The position numbers and the translations under genes are program-made. A stretch of DNA of 39,972 bases from Gaiellaceae bacterium (GTDB lineage Bacteria > Actinomycetota > Thermoleophilia > Gaiellales > Gaiellaceae): contig DASTZE010000080.1 in NCBI GenBank assembly GCA_035764425.1, positions 1 to 39,972 on the forward strand. The letters are read 5' to 3'. Below the pieces are notes generated by a model. It saw only the letters and a program-made list of their open reading frames with translations. It searched no databases and had not been told where the DNA came from. This document shows positions 1 through 10,514 of the stretch, piece after piece. Position 1 is the stretch's first letter. Each line of letters opens with the position of its first letter.

Positions 1-1082
<1,082 letters not shown>

Positions 1083-1138
1083 GCGCAGCGTGGCGCTGAA
1101 CTGCGCCGACGGGGTGAGCGCGCGCGAGGTGGCGGAGC

Positions 1139-2776
1139 TCAGAAGAGCCCCACCGTCCGGCCGTCCGCGTCGATGTCGATCGCGAGGGCGGCCGGGCTCC
1201 TGCCAAGGCCGGGCATGGTCATTGTGTCCCCGCAGAGTGCCACGATCCAGCCGGCCCCGGTGTAGGGACGGAGATCCGCGATCGGCAGGGCGAACCCCTT
1301 CGGCGAGGCTCCGAGCCCGGGGTCGTGCGAGAGCGAGAGCGGCGTCTTGGCGAGGCATACCGGCAGGCCCGCGAGGCCGTCGCGCGTGAGCTGCTCGGCC
1401 GCCGCCTGCGCGCGCGCCGAGAAGACGACGGCGCCGGCCCCGTATACCCGCGTGGCGACCGCTTCGATCTTCTGGCGCAACGCGTCCTCCGAGGAATACA
1501 GCGGCGTGAGCCGCGGACCCGCCTGGGCGGCCTCGTAAACCGCCTCCGCGAGCGCTGCGGCCCCCTGTCCGCCACGCTCGAAGCCGTCGCTCACCTCGGC
1601 GGCGAGCGCTCCTACGTCGAGCGCAAGCCTCCGCACCGCGGCGACGTCCGTCCGCGTGTCGCCTCCGAACCTGTTCACGGCCACAATCGGCTCGTGGCCG
1701 AGCTCGCGAATGATCGCGACGTGGCGACCGAGGTTGTCCTCGCCGTTCTCACGCAGTGCCCGTACCGTCGCGACCAGAACGACCGCTGACGGACGCAATC
1801 CGCCCAACGGCGCGACGATGTGCGCGAACTTCTCCAAGCCCATGTCGGCGCCGAAGCCGCTCTCGGTGACGACGAAGTCGGCGAGCTTGAGCGCGAGCCG
1901 GTCGGCGACCAGCGAGTTGTTGCCGTGCGCGATGTTGGCGAACGGGCCGCAGTGGACGAACACGGGCTGCCCTTCGAGTGTCTGGATCAGGTTTGGCTTG
2001 ATCGCGTCCTTCAGCAGGACGGCCATCGACCCTGCCACCCCGAGCTGCTCGGCGGTCACGCGGTCGCCGTCGAACGTGTGCGCGACCGTGATGTCGCCGA
2101 GGCGACGACGGAGGTCGGGAAGGTCGCGGGCGACCGCGAGCAGCGCCATGACCTCGGACGCCGCGGTGATGTCGAAGCCGGTCTCGCGTGGGTAGCCGTT
2201 GGCGCGGCCGCCAAGTGCGACGACGACGTCGCGCAGCGCGCGGTCGTTCGTGTCGAGGCAGCGGCGGAACGTGATGCTCAACGGATCGATCCCGAGCTCG
2301 TTGCCGTGCAGGAGATGGGCGTCGACCATGGCCGCGAGCAGGTTGTTCGCCGCCGCAATCGCGTGGAGGTCGCCGGTGAAGTGCAGGTTCAGGTCCTCCA
2401 TCGGCACGACCTGCGCACGGCCGGCGCCGGCGCCGCCGCCCTTGATGCCGAACACCGGCCCCATGGACGGCTCGCGCAGGCAGAGTGCAGCACGCTCGCC
2501 CAGGAGGCCGAGCGCCTCCGTCAGGGCGATCGCGGTGGTGGTCTTGCCCTCGCCGGCCTTGGTCGGCGTGATCGCGGTGACGCAGACGAGCGCGCCGTCG
2601 GGCGTGTCCGCGCGCCGCTCGATCGCGTCGAGCCCGACCTTCGCCTTGAAGCGGCCGTAGAGCTCGATCTCGTCGTCGGCCAGGCCGAGCCCTGCGGCGA
2701 TCTCGGCGATCGGGCGCGGGTCGGCCTCCTGCGCGATGCGGAGGCTGGTGGCGTGGGTGTCTTCAATCGTCGTCAT
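1139..2776 (-). CDS. fhs: formate--tetrahydrofolate ligase
   Basis: ORF-track frame 1139..3409 trimmed to the ATG at 2776 (MTTIEDTH...). Contains PTKAGEGKTT, REPSMGPVFGIKGGGAGAG and LHFTGDLHAI. The 545-aa length fits FTHFS. The 211 aa upstream of this Met are Arg/Gly-rich junk. Confidence 0.95.
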   Translation of the reverse strand: MTTIEDTHATSLRIAQEADPRPIAEIAAGLGLADDEIELYGRFKAKVGLDAIERRADTPDGALVCVTAITPTKAGEGKTTTAIALTEALGLLGERAALCLREPSMGPVFGIKGGGAGAGRAQVVPMEDLNLHFTGDLHAIAAANNLLAAMVDAHLLHGNELGIDPLSITFRRCLDTNDRALRDVVVALGGRANGYPRETGFDITAASEVMALLAVARDLPDLRRRLGDITVAHTFDGDRVTAEQLGVAGSMAVLLKDAIKPNLIQTLEGQPVFVHCGPFANIAHGNNSLVADRLALKLADFVVTESGFGADMGLEKFAHIVAPLGGLRPSAVVLVATVRALRENGEDNLGRHVAIIRELGHEPIVAVNRFGGDTRTDVAAVRRLALDVGALAAEVSDGFERGGQGAAALAEAVYEAAQAGPRLTPLYSSEDALRQKIEAVATRVYGAGAVVFSARAQAAAEQLTRDGLAGLPVCLAKTPLSLSHDPGLGASPKGFALPIADLRPYTGAGWIVALCGDTMTMPGLGRSPAALAIDIDADGRTVGLF

Positions 2777-2926
2777 GGCCCGAGCTTCGGCCGGGTGCAC
2801 GACGAGGGCATCCGCGCGGCGGCCGATCGGGGTGTGGAAAGCCCGCAAGCAGGTCCGAAGCGGTTCCGATGCCTCGCGCGCGTGCGCGGTGGACGCTGAG
2901 GACGACCCCCGAGGAAGGAGGATCCC

Positions 2927-4321
2927 GTGAGCGCGTACGCTGCTCCGCCCGCGACCGCCCAGCCGGAACGCCACTTCGGCGCCGGGCGAATCGCGATGAT
3001 CGTCTTCGGCTGCGTCGCCGCACTGATCGCCCTGGGCCTGTTCGCAGGCACTGGATTCATCACCTGGGCGAATGCGACCCAGCGCGACGCCGACGGCTTC
3101 TTCGCCACCGGCTACCACCGCTACTCGACGCCGACGTTCGCGCTCACGCGCGAGAACGTCCGGATCTTCACCGGCGTGAACCGCCCCGACTGGGCCACGG
3201 AGCCCGGGCGGCTCGCCACCGTCCGCGTCTCGGCGCATGCCGCACCAGGCCGGACCCTGTTCATCGGCATCGCGCGGACGTCCGCGGTCGACGCGTACCT
3301 CGGCGGGGTCGCCCACGACGAGGTCACCGACGTCTCGTACCACCCGTTCAAGGCCACGTATCGCTCCACGACCGGCACCGCCCCGATGACCCGGCCGGGC
3401 AACCTCCACGTGTGGTCGGTCAGCGCGACGGGTGCCGCGCCCGTGGTGACGTGGCCGGTTCGCAAGGGAAGCTGGTCGCTCGTCGTGATGAATGCGTCCC
3501 GTGCACAGGGCGTCGTCGCGGACGTTCGACTCGCCGCCAAGGTGAACTTCCTCGGCTGGGTCTCGCTCGGCCTGTTCACCGCGGGCGTCCTCTTCGCCGC
3601 GGCCGCGGCGCTGCTGATCGCGTTCGGCGTGCGCCGGGCTCCGCGGGCCGCCGAGGCGTCCGCGGCTGCCTCAGCTTCCGCGTGCCCGGTCCGGCTCGCC
3701 GCGACCCCCGACGTGAAGCTCAGCCGCTGGCTCTGGCTCGTGAAGTGGGTGCTGCTGATTCCGCACGTCTTTCTCCTGTTCTTCCTGTGGTGCGCATTCG
3801 CCGTGCTGACGTTCGTCGCCGGCTTCGCGATCCTGTTCACGGGCCGCTACCCACGCGGCATCTTCGACTTCAACCTGGGCGTGCTCCGCTGGACCTGGCG
3901 GGTCGCCTACTACTCCTACGCGGTGCTCGGCACCGACCGCTACCCGCCGTTCACGCTCGCGGACGTCCCGGACTACCCGGCCCGGCTCGAGATCGAGTAC
4001 CCCGAGCGCCTGTCGCACTGGCTCGTCCTCGTCAAGTGGTGGCTGCTGGCGCTGCCGCAGCTCGTGATCGTGGGGATCCTTGCCGGGACGGTCTTCGGAC
4101 CGTGGTACACGCAGATCGGGCTGATCCTCGTGCTCGTCGCCGTCGCCGGCTTCGCCCTGCTCTTCGCCGGGCGCTATCCGGCCGGCCTCTACGACCTGCT
4201 GATGGGCCTGAACCGCTGGGTCGTCCGCGTCGGCGCCTACGTGGCGCTCATGACGGACCGCTACCCGCCGTTCCGGCTGGATCAGGGCCCGCATGAGCCG
4301 GAGAAGGGAGCAACGACGTGA
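2927..4321 (+). CDS. membrane protein with two DUF4389-type repeats
   Basis: GTG start preceded by GAAGGAGGA. Two copies of the DUF4389 signature: FAILFTGRYPRGIFDFNLGVLRWTWRVAYYSYAVLGTDRYPPF and FALLFAGRYPAGLYDLLMGLNRWVVRVGAYVALMTDRYPPF. N-terminal TM helix plus a soluble domain of about 200 aa. Confidence 0.85.
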   Translation: MSAYAAPPATAQPERHFGAGRIAMIVFGCVAALIALGLFAGTGFITWANATQRDADGFFATGYHRYSTPTFALTRENVRIFTGVNRPDWATEPGRLATVRVSAHAAPGRTLFIGIARTSAVDAYLGGVAHDEVTDVSYHPFKATYRSTTGTAPMTRPGNLHVWSVSATGAAPVVTWPVRKGSWSLVVMNASRAQGVVADVRLAAKVNFLGWVSLGLFTAGVLFAAAAALLIAFGVRRAPRAAEASAAASASACPVRLAATPDVKLSRWLWLVKWVLLIPHVFLLFFLWCAFAVLTFVAGFAILFTGRYPRGIFDFNLGVLRWTWRVAYYSYAVLGTDRYPPFTLADVPDYPARLEIEYPERLSHWLVLVKWWLLALPQLVIVGILAGTVFGPWYTQIGLILVLVAVAGFALLFAGRYPAGLYDLLMGLNRWVVRVGAYVALMTDRYPPFRLDQGPHEPEKGATT

Positions 4322-4995
4322 CCGTTGCGCCGACCCCACTTCCCCAGCGCCCGGCGACCCACCGGCCCCCGACCGCCGTCATCGTCACCGTGGTCGCGTT
4401 CCTCGGCATCGCCTTCCTGATCACGGTCGTCGCGCTCCAGCACACGTTCGGCTCGGGCTCGTCGCCGACAGTGGTCGGCTCCGGCACTCCCGCGACGCAA
4501 ACGCGGAAGCTCCCGCCGTTTACGGGCGTCACGCTGGGCGGCACGCTCGCCGTCGTCGTCCGGGTCGGCGGCGCTCAGCACGTCGTCGTCAGCGCCGACG
4601 ACAACCTGGTGCGGACGGTGAAGACAACCGTCCGGGACGGGAGCCTGAACATCGCCACCCCCGGCAGCTTCCAGTCCGTCGCGCCGATGCGGGTCGCCAT
4701 CAGTGTCCCGTACCTGGACGCCCTGCGGCTGTCCGGCACGGGCCGCATGGTCGCCACCGGCACGACGCCGGCGCTCGACGTGACGCTCGACGGCACAGGC
4801 GCGATGCACCTCGCCGGCCTCGTCGCTCGCCACGTGCACGCAACGCTGTCGGGCACCGGGGCGATCGTCGTGACCGCCACCCGGAGCCTGGACGCCTCTG
4901 TCCCGGGCACCGGGCAGATCACCTACAACGGCGTCCCGGCTCAGGTGAAGCAGAGCATCACGGGCACGGGCGCCATCGTCATGGGGCCGCGCTGA
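4318..4995 (+). CDS. DUF2807 / GIN-domain (adhesin-head-like) protein with N-terminal TM anchor
   Basis: GTGA start/stop overlap with the upstream gene; GAAGGGAG RBS. Repeated SGTG/DGTG/PGTG beta-helix-like turns (LSGTGRMVATG, LDGTGAMHLAG, LSGTGAIVVTA, VPGTGQITYNG) are typical of DUF2807. Confidence 0.8.
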   Translation: MTVAPTPLPQRPATHRPPTAVIVTVVAFLGIAFLITVVALQHTFGSGSSPTVVGSGTPATQTRKLPPFTGVTLGGTLAVVVRVGGAQHVVVSADDNLVRTVKTTVRDGSLNIATPGSFQSVAPMRVAISVPYLDALRLSGTGRMVATGTTPALDVTLDGTGAMHLAGLVARHVHATLSGTGAIVVTATRSLDASVPGTGQITYNGVPAQVKQSITGTGAIVMGPR

Positions 4996-5849
4996 TGTCC
5001 GTCACCGCGACCCACGCGCGCGGGCTGACGCTGCCGGCAGCCGCGCGCGAGCTCGGCTGGTTCGGGCTTGGCGCACTGGTCGCCTTCCTTGTCCCCTATG
5101 TGGGCATCTCGATGCTCGACCTCCAGCACGACGCCTACTACCTCGTTTACTTCGCCGTCACGCTCGGCCTGCTCGGAACGTGGACGACCGTCGAGCACGT
5201 CGACGTCGCCGGCGCGTTTCGCCGGCAGTGGCGCTGGAGCGTTGCAATCGGGCTCGCCGTCGCTGCGTTCCTCGTCGCGAACCTTCTCGGCGCCGATGCG
5301 ACGGCGCGCCCGGGCGGCGCGTATCTCGCGTTCGAGCTGCTCTGGCGCGGCGTCGGCTACGGCGTCGTGGACGCGCTCCTGCTCACGGCGTTCCCGTGCC
5401 TTATCGCGTACCGGGTGCTGCGCGGCCGCATCGGCGGCGTCCGCGGGCGCCTGCGATTCACGACGCTCGCGCTCCCCCTCGTCCTGGTGATCACGGCGAC
5501 GTACCACCTCGGGTACCCGCAGTTCCGCGAGGACGGCGTGAGGAAGCCGGAGATCGGCAACACGCTGATCTCGATCCCAGCGTTCGCGACCGCCAACCCC
5601 GCGGGCTCGCTCATCGCGCACGTTTCGATGCACGTCACCGCGGTGCTGCACGCCTACGAGACGCCGACGTTCCTGCCGCCCGAGTCCTCCACTTCGAAGG
5701 CGAGCGGCGGGATGAAACGGTCGTCCGTCAGCACCAGGAAGACGATCGCAAGCGCGGCGCCGATGACCGAGAGCACGATGACGCCGAAGCCCGGCGCCGA
5801 CAGCGAGAAGAAGTGGCGCGTCGGGGGAAACGCGAGCACGAAGAAATAG
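4995..5849 (+). CDS. polytopic membrane protein, function unknown (weak CPBP/Abi-like motifs)
   Basis: ATG shares one nucleotide with the upstream TGA (TGATG). About 6 predicted TM helices. FELLWRG and AHVSMHVTAVLH faintly resemble CPBP protease motifs. There is no in-frame stop until 5849, so the last 196 nt overlap the convergent ATPase gene. Confidence 0.6.
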   Translation: MSVTATHARGLTLPAAARELGWFGLGALVAFLVPYVGISMLDLQHDAYYLVYFAVTLGLLGTWTTVEHVDVAGAFRRQWRWSVAIGLAVAAFLVANLLGADATARPGGAYLAFELLWRGVGYGVVDALLLTAFPCLIAYRVLRGRIGGVRGRLRFTTLALPLVLVITATYHLGYPQFREDGVRKPEIGNTLISIPAFATANPAGSLIAHVSMHVTAVLHAYETPTFLPPESSTSKASGGMKRSSVSTRKTIASAAPMTESTMTPKPGADSEKKWRVGGNASTKK

Positions 5850-8017
5850 AGCGCGCCGAGCGCGGCCACCATCACCGAGACGGCCGCCCCTCGCCGCAGC
5901 CCTGACGCTTCGAGCGCGAGGATCAGGTACAGGCCGACGATGACGAGCACCGTGGTGGCGACGGTCTGCGAGCTGGTCAGGCTCATGTTGGCGACGTTGA
6001 GCGCGAACAGGTAGCTCGCGAGCACGCCGAGCCCAGCGGCCGTCCCGGCGGGCACGGAGAAGCGCGCGACGTCGCGCAAAAACCCTTCGGTCTGGAACCC
6101 GCCTCCGCTGGGCGCGAGCGCTAAGAAGAAGGCCGGGATGCCGATCGTGACCGCTGCCGCGATCGTCAGGTGGCGGGGCAGCAGCGGGTAGGCGATCGGC
6201 GTCAGCCCGATCGACAGGATGAGGACGACGGCGAAGACCGACTTGGTGACGAACAGCTTCGCCACCCGCTGGAGGTTGCGGAACACGCGCCGGCCCTCGC
6301 CCACCATGGGCGGCACGGCCGCGAATGTTCCGCGCACGAGCACGACGTCGGCCACGCTGCGCGCCATCTGCGCGCCGCTGCCCTGCGCGATCGCCAGCCG
6401 CGCGGCCTTCAGCGCCGGCACGTCGTTGACGCCGTCGCCGACCATGGCGACGTAGCGCCCCGAGTCCCGCAGCGCCTCGACGACGCGCCGCTTGCCCTCC
6501 GGCGAGATGCGGCCGACCACGGATGCCGCGAGCGCTGTCTCGCGGAGCGCCGCCGTCTCCATCGGCAGCTGCTCCCCGTCGAGCGCTTCCGTCACGGGCA
6601 CGCCGGCGTCGGCGGCGATCGCGGCCACGGTCGCCGGCCGGTCGCCGGAGAGCACCTTGAGCTCGACGCCCTGGTCGAGGAAGAAGCGCACCGTCTCGGC
6701 CGCGTCGTCGCGAAGCCGTTCCGCGAGCAGGACGAGCCCGTGCGTGGTCAGCCCGGCCGGCGGGCCCTCGGCCGGGTCGCGGCCGTCGAGCGGCTCCTGC
6801 GTCGAGGCGAGCGCGAGCACGCGCCGGCCGCGGCCCGCCTCCTCGGCGGCCCGGTCGGCGAGCGAGCCCAGAGGGAAGCGCTCCGGCGCGCCGAGCACCC
6901 AGGTGGTACCGCCGAGACGGGCGCCGCTCCAGCGGTAGCGCGACGAGAACGGCACGGTCTCCGACGGCTGCTCCGGAGGCGCCTCGTACGCCTCCGCGAC
7001 CGCGTCCAGCGTCGCGTTACGGGTCGGGAACGAGGCGGCGAACCGCCCGAGGTCGCGCTCGAGGCCGGCGCCGTCGCCGTTCGCCGGGACAGCCTCGACG
7101 ACGCGCAGGTTGGGCTCGGTCAGCGTGCCCGTCTTGTCCATGCACATGACGTCGACGGACGCCAGCGACTCGACCGCGTTCAGCTGCTGCGCCAGTGCGC
7201 CGCGGCGCGCGATCGCGAGCGCGGCGACCGCGAACGTCACGCTCGTCAGGAGGATCAGACCTTCCGGGATCAGGGTGACGCCGGCGGCGACCGCGGTCGA
7301 TACGGCCTGGCTCTTCGGCGTGTCCCGCTCCCAGAGCGCATACCCAAGGATGGCCGCGAGTGGGACCAGAATCGCCACGAGGATGAAGAGGAGCCGGTCG
7401 AACGACCGCTCGAGCGGCGACCGCGGGTGGCGGAACTCGCGCGCCTCGCCGGCGACGCGCTCCGCGTAGCTCTCCGCCCCGACCGCGGTGACGACGTACG
7501 CGCCGTCGCCTTCGACGGCGAACGAGCCTGAGCGCACCTCCTCCCCCGCGCCGCGCGCGACGGGCTCTGCCTCGCCGGTGAGGATCGACTCGTCGACGCG
7601 CAGCCCGGTCGCCTGGGCGAGCCTGCCGTCGCCGACGACCTGGTCGCCGGCGCGGAGCCGCACCAGGTCGTCGACGAGGACGTCGTCCACCGGCAGCTCG
7701 CGCACCTCGCCGTCGCGGACGACGCGCGCCGTCGGCGTGACGAGCGCGGCGAGGTGGTCGAGCGCGTTCTTCGCCCGGATCTCCTGGAAGATGCCGATGC
7801 CGGCGTTGGCAACGAGGATGATCAGGAAGAGCGCGTCCTGCCAGGCGCCGAACGCCAGGGTGATCACTCCGAAGACCAGCAGGACGAGGTTGAAGACGGT
7901 GAAGACGTTCGCCCGGACGATGCTCCCGTAGGAGCGGCTCGACGGCTGCGGCTCGTGGGGGCCCCGCTTCTTGAGGCGCTTCGCCGCCTCGGCCTGCGTC
8001 AGCCCGGTTGTGTCCAT
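5654..8017 (-). CDS. cation-translocating P-type ATPase (HAD-IC, P2-like)
   Basis: Trimmed to the ATG at 8017 (MDTTGLTQAEAAKRLKKRGPHEP, a Cation_ATPase_N-type start). Contains TGEAEPV, the phosphorylation motif DKTGTLTEP, and MVGDGVNDVPALKAARLAIA. 787 aa. Confidence 0.93.
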   Translation of the reverse strand: MDTTGLTQAEAAKRLKKRGPHEPQPSSRSYGSIVRANVFTVFNLVLLVFGVITLAFGAWQDALFLIILVANAGIGIFQEIRAKNALDHLAALVTPTARVVRDGEVRELPVDDVLVDDLVRLRAGDQVVGDGRLAQATGLRVDESILTGEAEPVARGAGEEVRSGSFAVEGDGAYVVTAVGAESYAERVAGEAREFRHPRSPLERSFDRLLFILVAILVPLAAILGYALWERDTPKSQAVSTAVAAGVTLIPEGLILLTSVTFAVAALAIARRGALAQQLNAVESLASVDVMCMDKTGTLTEPNLRVVEAVPANGDGAGLERDLGRFAASFPTRNATLDAVAEAYEAPPEQPSETVPFSSRYRWSGARLGGTTWVLGAPERFPLGSLADRAAEEAGRGRRVLALASTQEPLDGRDPAEGPPAGLTTHGLVLLAERLRDDAAETVRFFLDQGVELKVLSGDRPATVAAIAADAGVPVTEALDGEQLPMETAALRETALAASVVGRISPEGKRRVVEALRDSGRYVAMVGDGVNDVPALKAARLAIAQGSGAQMARSVADVVLVRGTFAAVPPMVGEGRRVFRNLQRVAKLFVTKSVFAVVLILSIGLTPIAYPLLPRHLTIAAAVTIGIPAFFLALAPSGGGFQTEGFLRDVARFSVPAGTAAGLGVLASYLFALNVANMSLTSSQTVATTVLVIVGLYLILALEASGLRRGAAVSVMVAALGALYFFVLAFPPTRHFFSLSAPGFGVIVLSVIGAALAIVFLVLTDDRFIPPLAFEVEDSGGRNVGVS

Positions 8018-8131
8018 GGCGGCGAGGCTACGCAAGCCGCGGGGTTCCCGCAGCGGCCGCCGGGCACGCCCCGATGCCGCCCCGTTCGGGCCCGAGCGAG
8101 GGTGAGGGCAGCGAGCCGAAAGGAGACGCTC

Positions 8132-8590
8132 ATGGGCACTGTCAAGGATTTCCGCTTCCCGGTCGTGGTCGAGCGGTCGGAGGGGCTCTGGATCACTGCG
8201 CTGGCGCCGAAGAAGCATCCGCTCACCGTTGCCACTCCGCCCGAGTTCCGCGGCGGGATCGAGGGGTACTGGTCGCCGGAGGAGCTCCTGGTCGCGGCCG
8301 TCGCCTCGTGTTATCAGCTGACGCTGCGGTCGATCGCCGACCGTCGCTTGCTCGACTTCAGCGAGTTGGAGGTGCGCGCCACCGGGCACGTGACGCAGCT
8401 GGCGCGCGGGCGCATCGGCTTCCTCGCCATCGAGCTCGACGTCCGCCTGGAAGTAGAGCTCGGCGAGGAGGGCATTGCGGAGGCCGCAGCCCGCAAGGCG
8501 CACGAGCTGTGCATCGTCGGCCAGGCGCTCGACGTCCCCGTCGAGCTCAAGCTCGAGCTCCGCGTCGCCAGGGTGCCGGCGATGGCGTGA
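8132..8590 (+). CDS. OsmC/Ohr family peroxiredoxin-like protein
   Basis: ATG at 8132 with AAGGAG 6 nt upstream. EELLVAAVASCYQLTL and AHELCIVGQAL supply the two conserved Cys of the OsmC fold. 152 aa. Confidence 0.85.
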   Translation: MGTVKDFRFPVVVERSEGLWITALAPKKHPLTVATPPEFRGGIEGYWSPEELLVAAVASCYQLTLRSIADRRLLDFSELEVRATGHVTQLARGRIGFLAIELDVRLEVELGEEGIAEAAARKAHELCIVGQALDVPVELKLELRVARVPAMA

Positions 8591-9711
8591 GCAAGGTCAC
8601 GGCACCGGCCTCGAGCGTTGCCGAGCCGCGGTTCGGGCACGGCCCGGCGTTCAGCGTCGGGGTCGAGGAGGAGTACATGCTCCTCGACCCCGAGACCCTC
8701 GAGCTCGTCTCCGGGATCGAGGGACTGCTGAACGCCCGGGAGTCGGGGCTGACGCCGGAGTTCTTCGAGTCGCTGCTCGAGACGCACACCCCTGTGTGCC
8801 GCGACCTCGGCGAGGTGCACCGGGAGCTCCGGCGGCTGCGCGCGCACGTCGCGGAGGCGACGGACGCGCAGGGACTCCGCTTCGGCGCCGCGGGGACGCA
8901 TCCGTTCAGCCTGTTCGAAGAGCAGCGGATCACGCGTCGCGACCGGTACCGGGGGATCGCGGACGAGCTCCAGTACGTCGCCCGCCGGGAGCTGATCTTC
9001 GGCCTACACGTCCACGTCGGTGTCGACAGTCCCGAAGCCGCCATCAGGGTCGTGCGCGGCCTGTCCCGCCATCTCGCCGAGTTCATTGCGCTCGCGGCCA
9101 GCTCGCCGCTCTGGCGTGGGGCGCCAACCGGGCTGGCGTCCACCCGCGCCGAGATCGCCGCCGGCCACACGCGTGCGGGGCCGCCGCCGCCGCTCCGCGA
9201 CTACGAGGAGTTCGCGTCGGTCGTGGAGGCGCTCGAAGCGACCGGCTGCCTCGACGACTACACGAAGATCTGGTGGGACGTTCGCCCGCACCCGCGCCTC
9301 GGCACCGTCGAGACGCGCGTCATGGACGCCGTCTCGAGCCTGGACGACGCGGTGGCGCTCGCCGCGTACGTCCAGTGCCTCGTCCACCGCTACGCCGACC
9401 GCGAGGTCGCGCAGGTCCATCCGCTCCTGATCGTCGAGAACCGCTGGCGCGGCCTGCGGTGGGGACTGGGCGCCGAGGTGATCGACCTCGACGCGGAGAC
9501 GCCGGCTCGCATCCCGATCGCCCGCCTTGTCCGCCGCCGGCTGCACGAGCTCGCCGGCGACGCGCGCGACCTCGGCTGCGAGGCCGAGCTCGACCGGGTG
9601 AACCGCATCCTCGAACGGGGCAACGGCGCGCAGCGGCAGCTGCTCGTGTACGGCACGAACCACGACGCAACCGAGGTCGCGCGCGACATCGCGGAGATCA
9701 CGGCGCAGTAA
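8587..9711 (+). CDS. ybdK: carboxylate-amine ligase, glutamate-cysteine ligase family 2 (YbdK type)
   Basis: GTGA overlap with the OsmC stop. Contains FSVGVEEEYMLLDP, IFGLHVHVGV, SSPLW and WWDVRPHPRLGTVETRVMD, which are GCS2 hallmarks. 374 aa. Confidence 0.88.
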   Translation: MSKVTAPASSVAEPRFGHGPAFSVGVEEEYMLLDPETLELVSGIEGLLNARESGLTPEFFESLLETHTPVCRDLGEVHRELRRLRAHVAEATDAQGLRFGAAGTHPFSLFEEQRITRRDRYRGIADELQYVARRELIFGLHVHVGVDSPEAAIRVVRGLSRHLAEFIALAASSPLWRGAPTGLASTRAEIAAGHTRAGPPPPLRDYEEFASVVEALEATGCLDDYTKIWWDVRPHPRLGTVETRVMDAVSSLDDAVALAAYVQCLVHRYADREVAQVHPLLIVENRWRGLRWGLGAEVIDLDAETPARIPIARLVRRRLHELAGDARDLGCEAELDRVNRILERGNGAQRQLLVYGTNHDATEVARDIAEITAQ

Positions 9712-9784
9712 CCCGCAATGCGAGTCCGGGTGGGCGCGGATGGTGGTGAGCGCGAGATCGCACAGTCCACAGCGGGAGGCCGCG

Positions 9785-10507
9785 ATGGCAGCTACCGCAT
9801 TCCCCGAGGCTCGGCCGGCCGGCGTGCGCGCGCGCGAGCCGCTGATCCGTCTTGCCGGCGTCGAGAAGACGTACCGGATGGGCAAGCTCGAGTACCGCGC
9901 GCTGCGCGGCGTCGACCTCGACGTCGAGGCGGGCGAGCTCGTCGCCGTCGTCGGCCCCTCGGGCAGCGGCAAGACGACCATCCTCAACCTGATCACCGGC
10001 ATCGACCGGCCGACGGCCGGCGCCGTCACCGTCGACGGGAACCGCATCGACGAGATGAGCGAGGAGCAGCTCGCCGTCTGGCGCGGCCGGCACGTCGGCG
10101 TCGTGTTTCAGTTCTTCCAGCTCCTGCCCACGCTGACCGCGCTCGAGAACGCCGCGCTGCCGCTCGACTTCGCGCGCCTCGGCTCGCGACGCGAGCGCTA
10201 CGAGCGCGCGCGGCACAACCTCGAGCTCGTCGGGCTGGGCGACAAGCACGATCACCTGCCCGCCGAGCTCTCCGGCGGCGAGCAGCAGCGCGTCGCCATC
10301 GCCCGGGCCCTGGCCTCGGACCCGAAGCTCGTCGTCGGCGACGAGCCGACCGGCAACCTCGACACGGTCACCGCCGCGGAGATGTTCGAGCTGCTGGAGC
10401 GCGTCAACGCCGAGGGCAAGACGATCGTCTACGTGACGCACGACCGCGAGCTCGCACGCCGCGCGCACAGGATCGTTGCGATCCGTGACGGCGTCGTCGT
10501 CGCGTGA
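9785..10507 (+). CDS. ABC transporter ATP-binding protein (MacB/LolD type)
   Basis: GPSGSGKTT (Walker A), [15 protein letters not shown] (signature), [12 protein letters not shown] (Walker B). ATG 9785 follows GGGAGG by 6 nt; the ATG at 9740 is the alternative start. Confidence 0.9.
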   Translation: MAATAFPEARPAGVRAREPLIRLAGVEKTYRMGKLEYRALRGVDLDVEAGELVAVVGPSGSGKTTILNLITGIDRPTAGAVTVDGNRIDEMSEEQLAVWRGRHVGVVFQFFQLLPTLTALENAALPLDFARLGSRRERYERARHNLELVGLGDKHDHLPAELSGGEQQRVAIARALASDPKLVVGDEPTGNLDTVTAAEMFELLERVNAEGKTIVYVTHDRELARRAHRIVAIRDGVVVA

Positions 10508-10514
10508 GGCGGCC

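Noticed and set aside
2777-2926. Possible ZTP (pfl) or THF riboswitch upstream of fhs, which is a classic ZTP-regulated gene. The minus-strand leader contains GGGUCGU.
   Set aside because: The rest of the pfl core is absent from the 150-nt leader: no CUGGCG, no CCGGGGAG, and no 3-prime CCGCCUGGGC pseudoknot element. It would still be worth one cmscan run.
2777-3409. N-terminal extensions in the ORF track: fhs to 3409, ATPase to 8503, kinase to 22519, ArsR-like to 19454, OFOR beta to 15846, gamma to 17859.
   Set aside because: The extensions are Arg-rich junk and overlap neighbouring genes. Internal starts coincide with homology onset, RBSs or stop/start overlaps.
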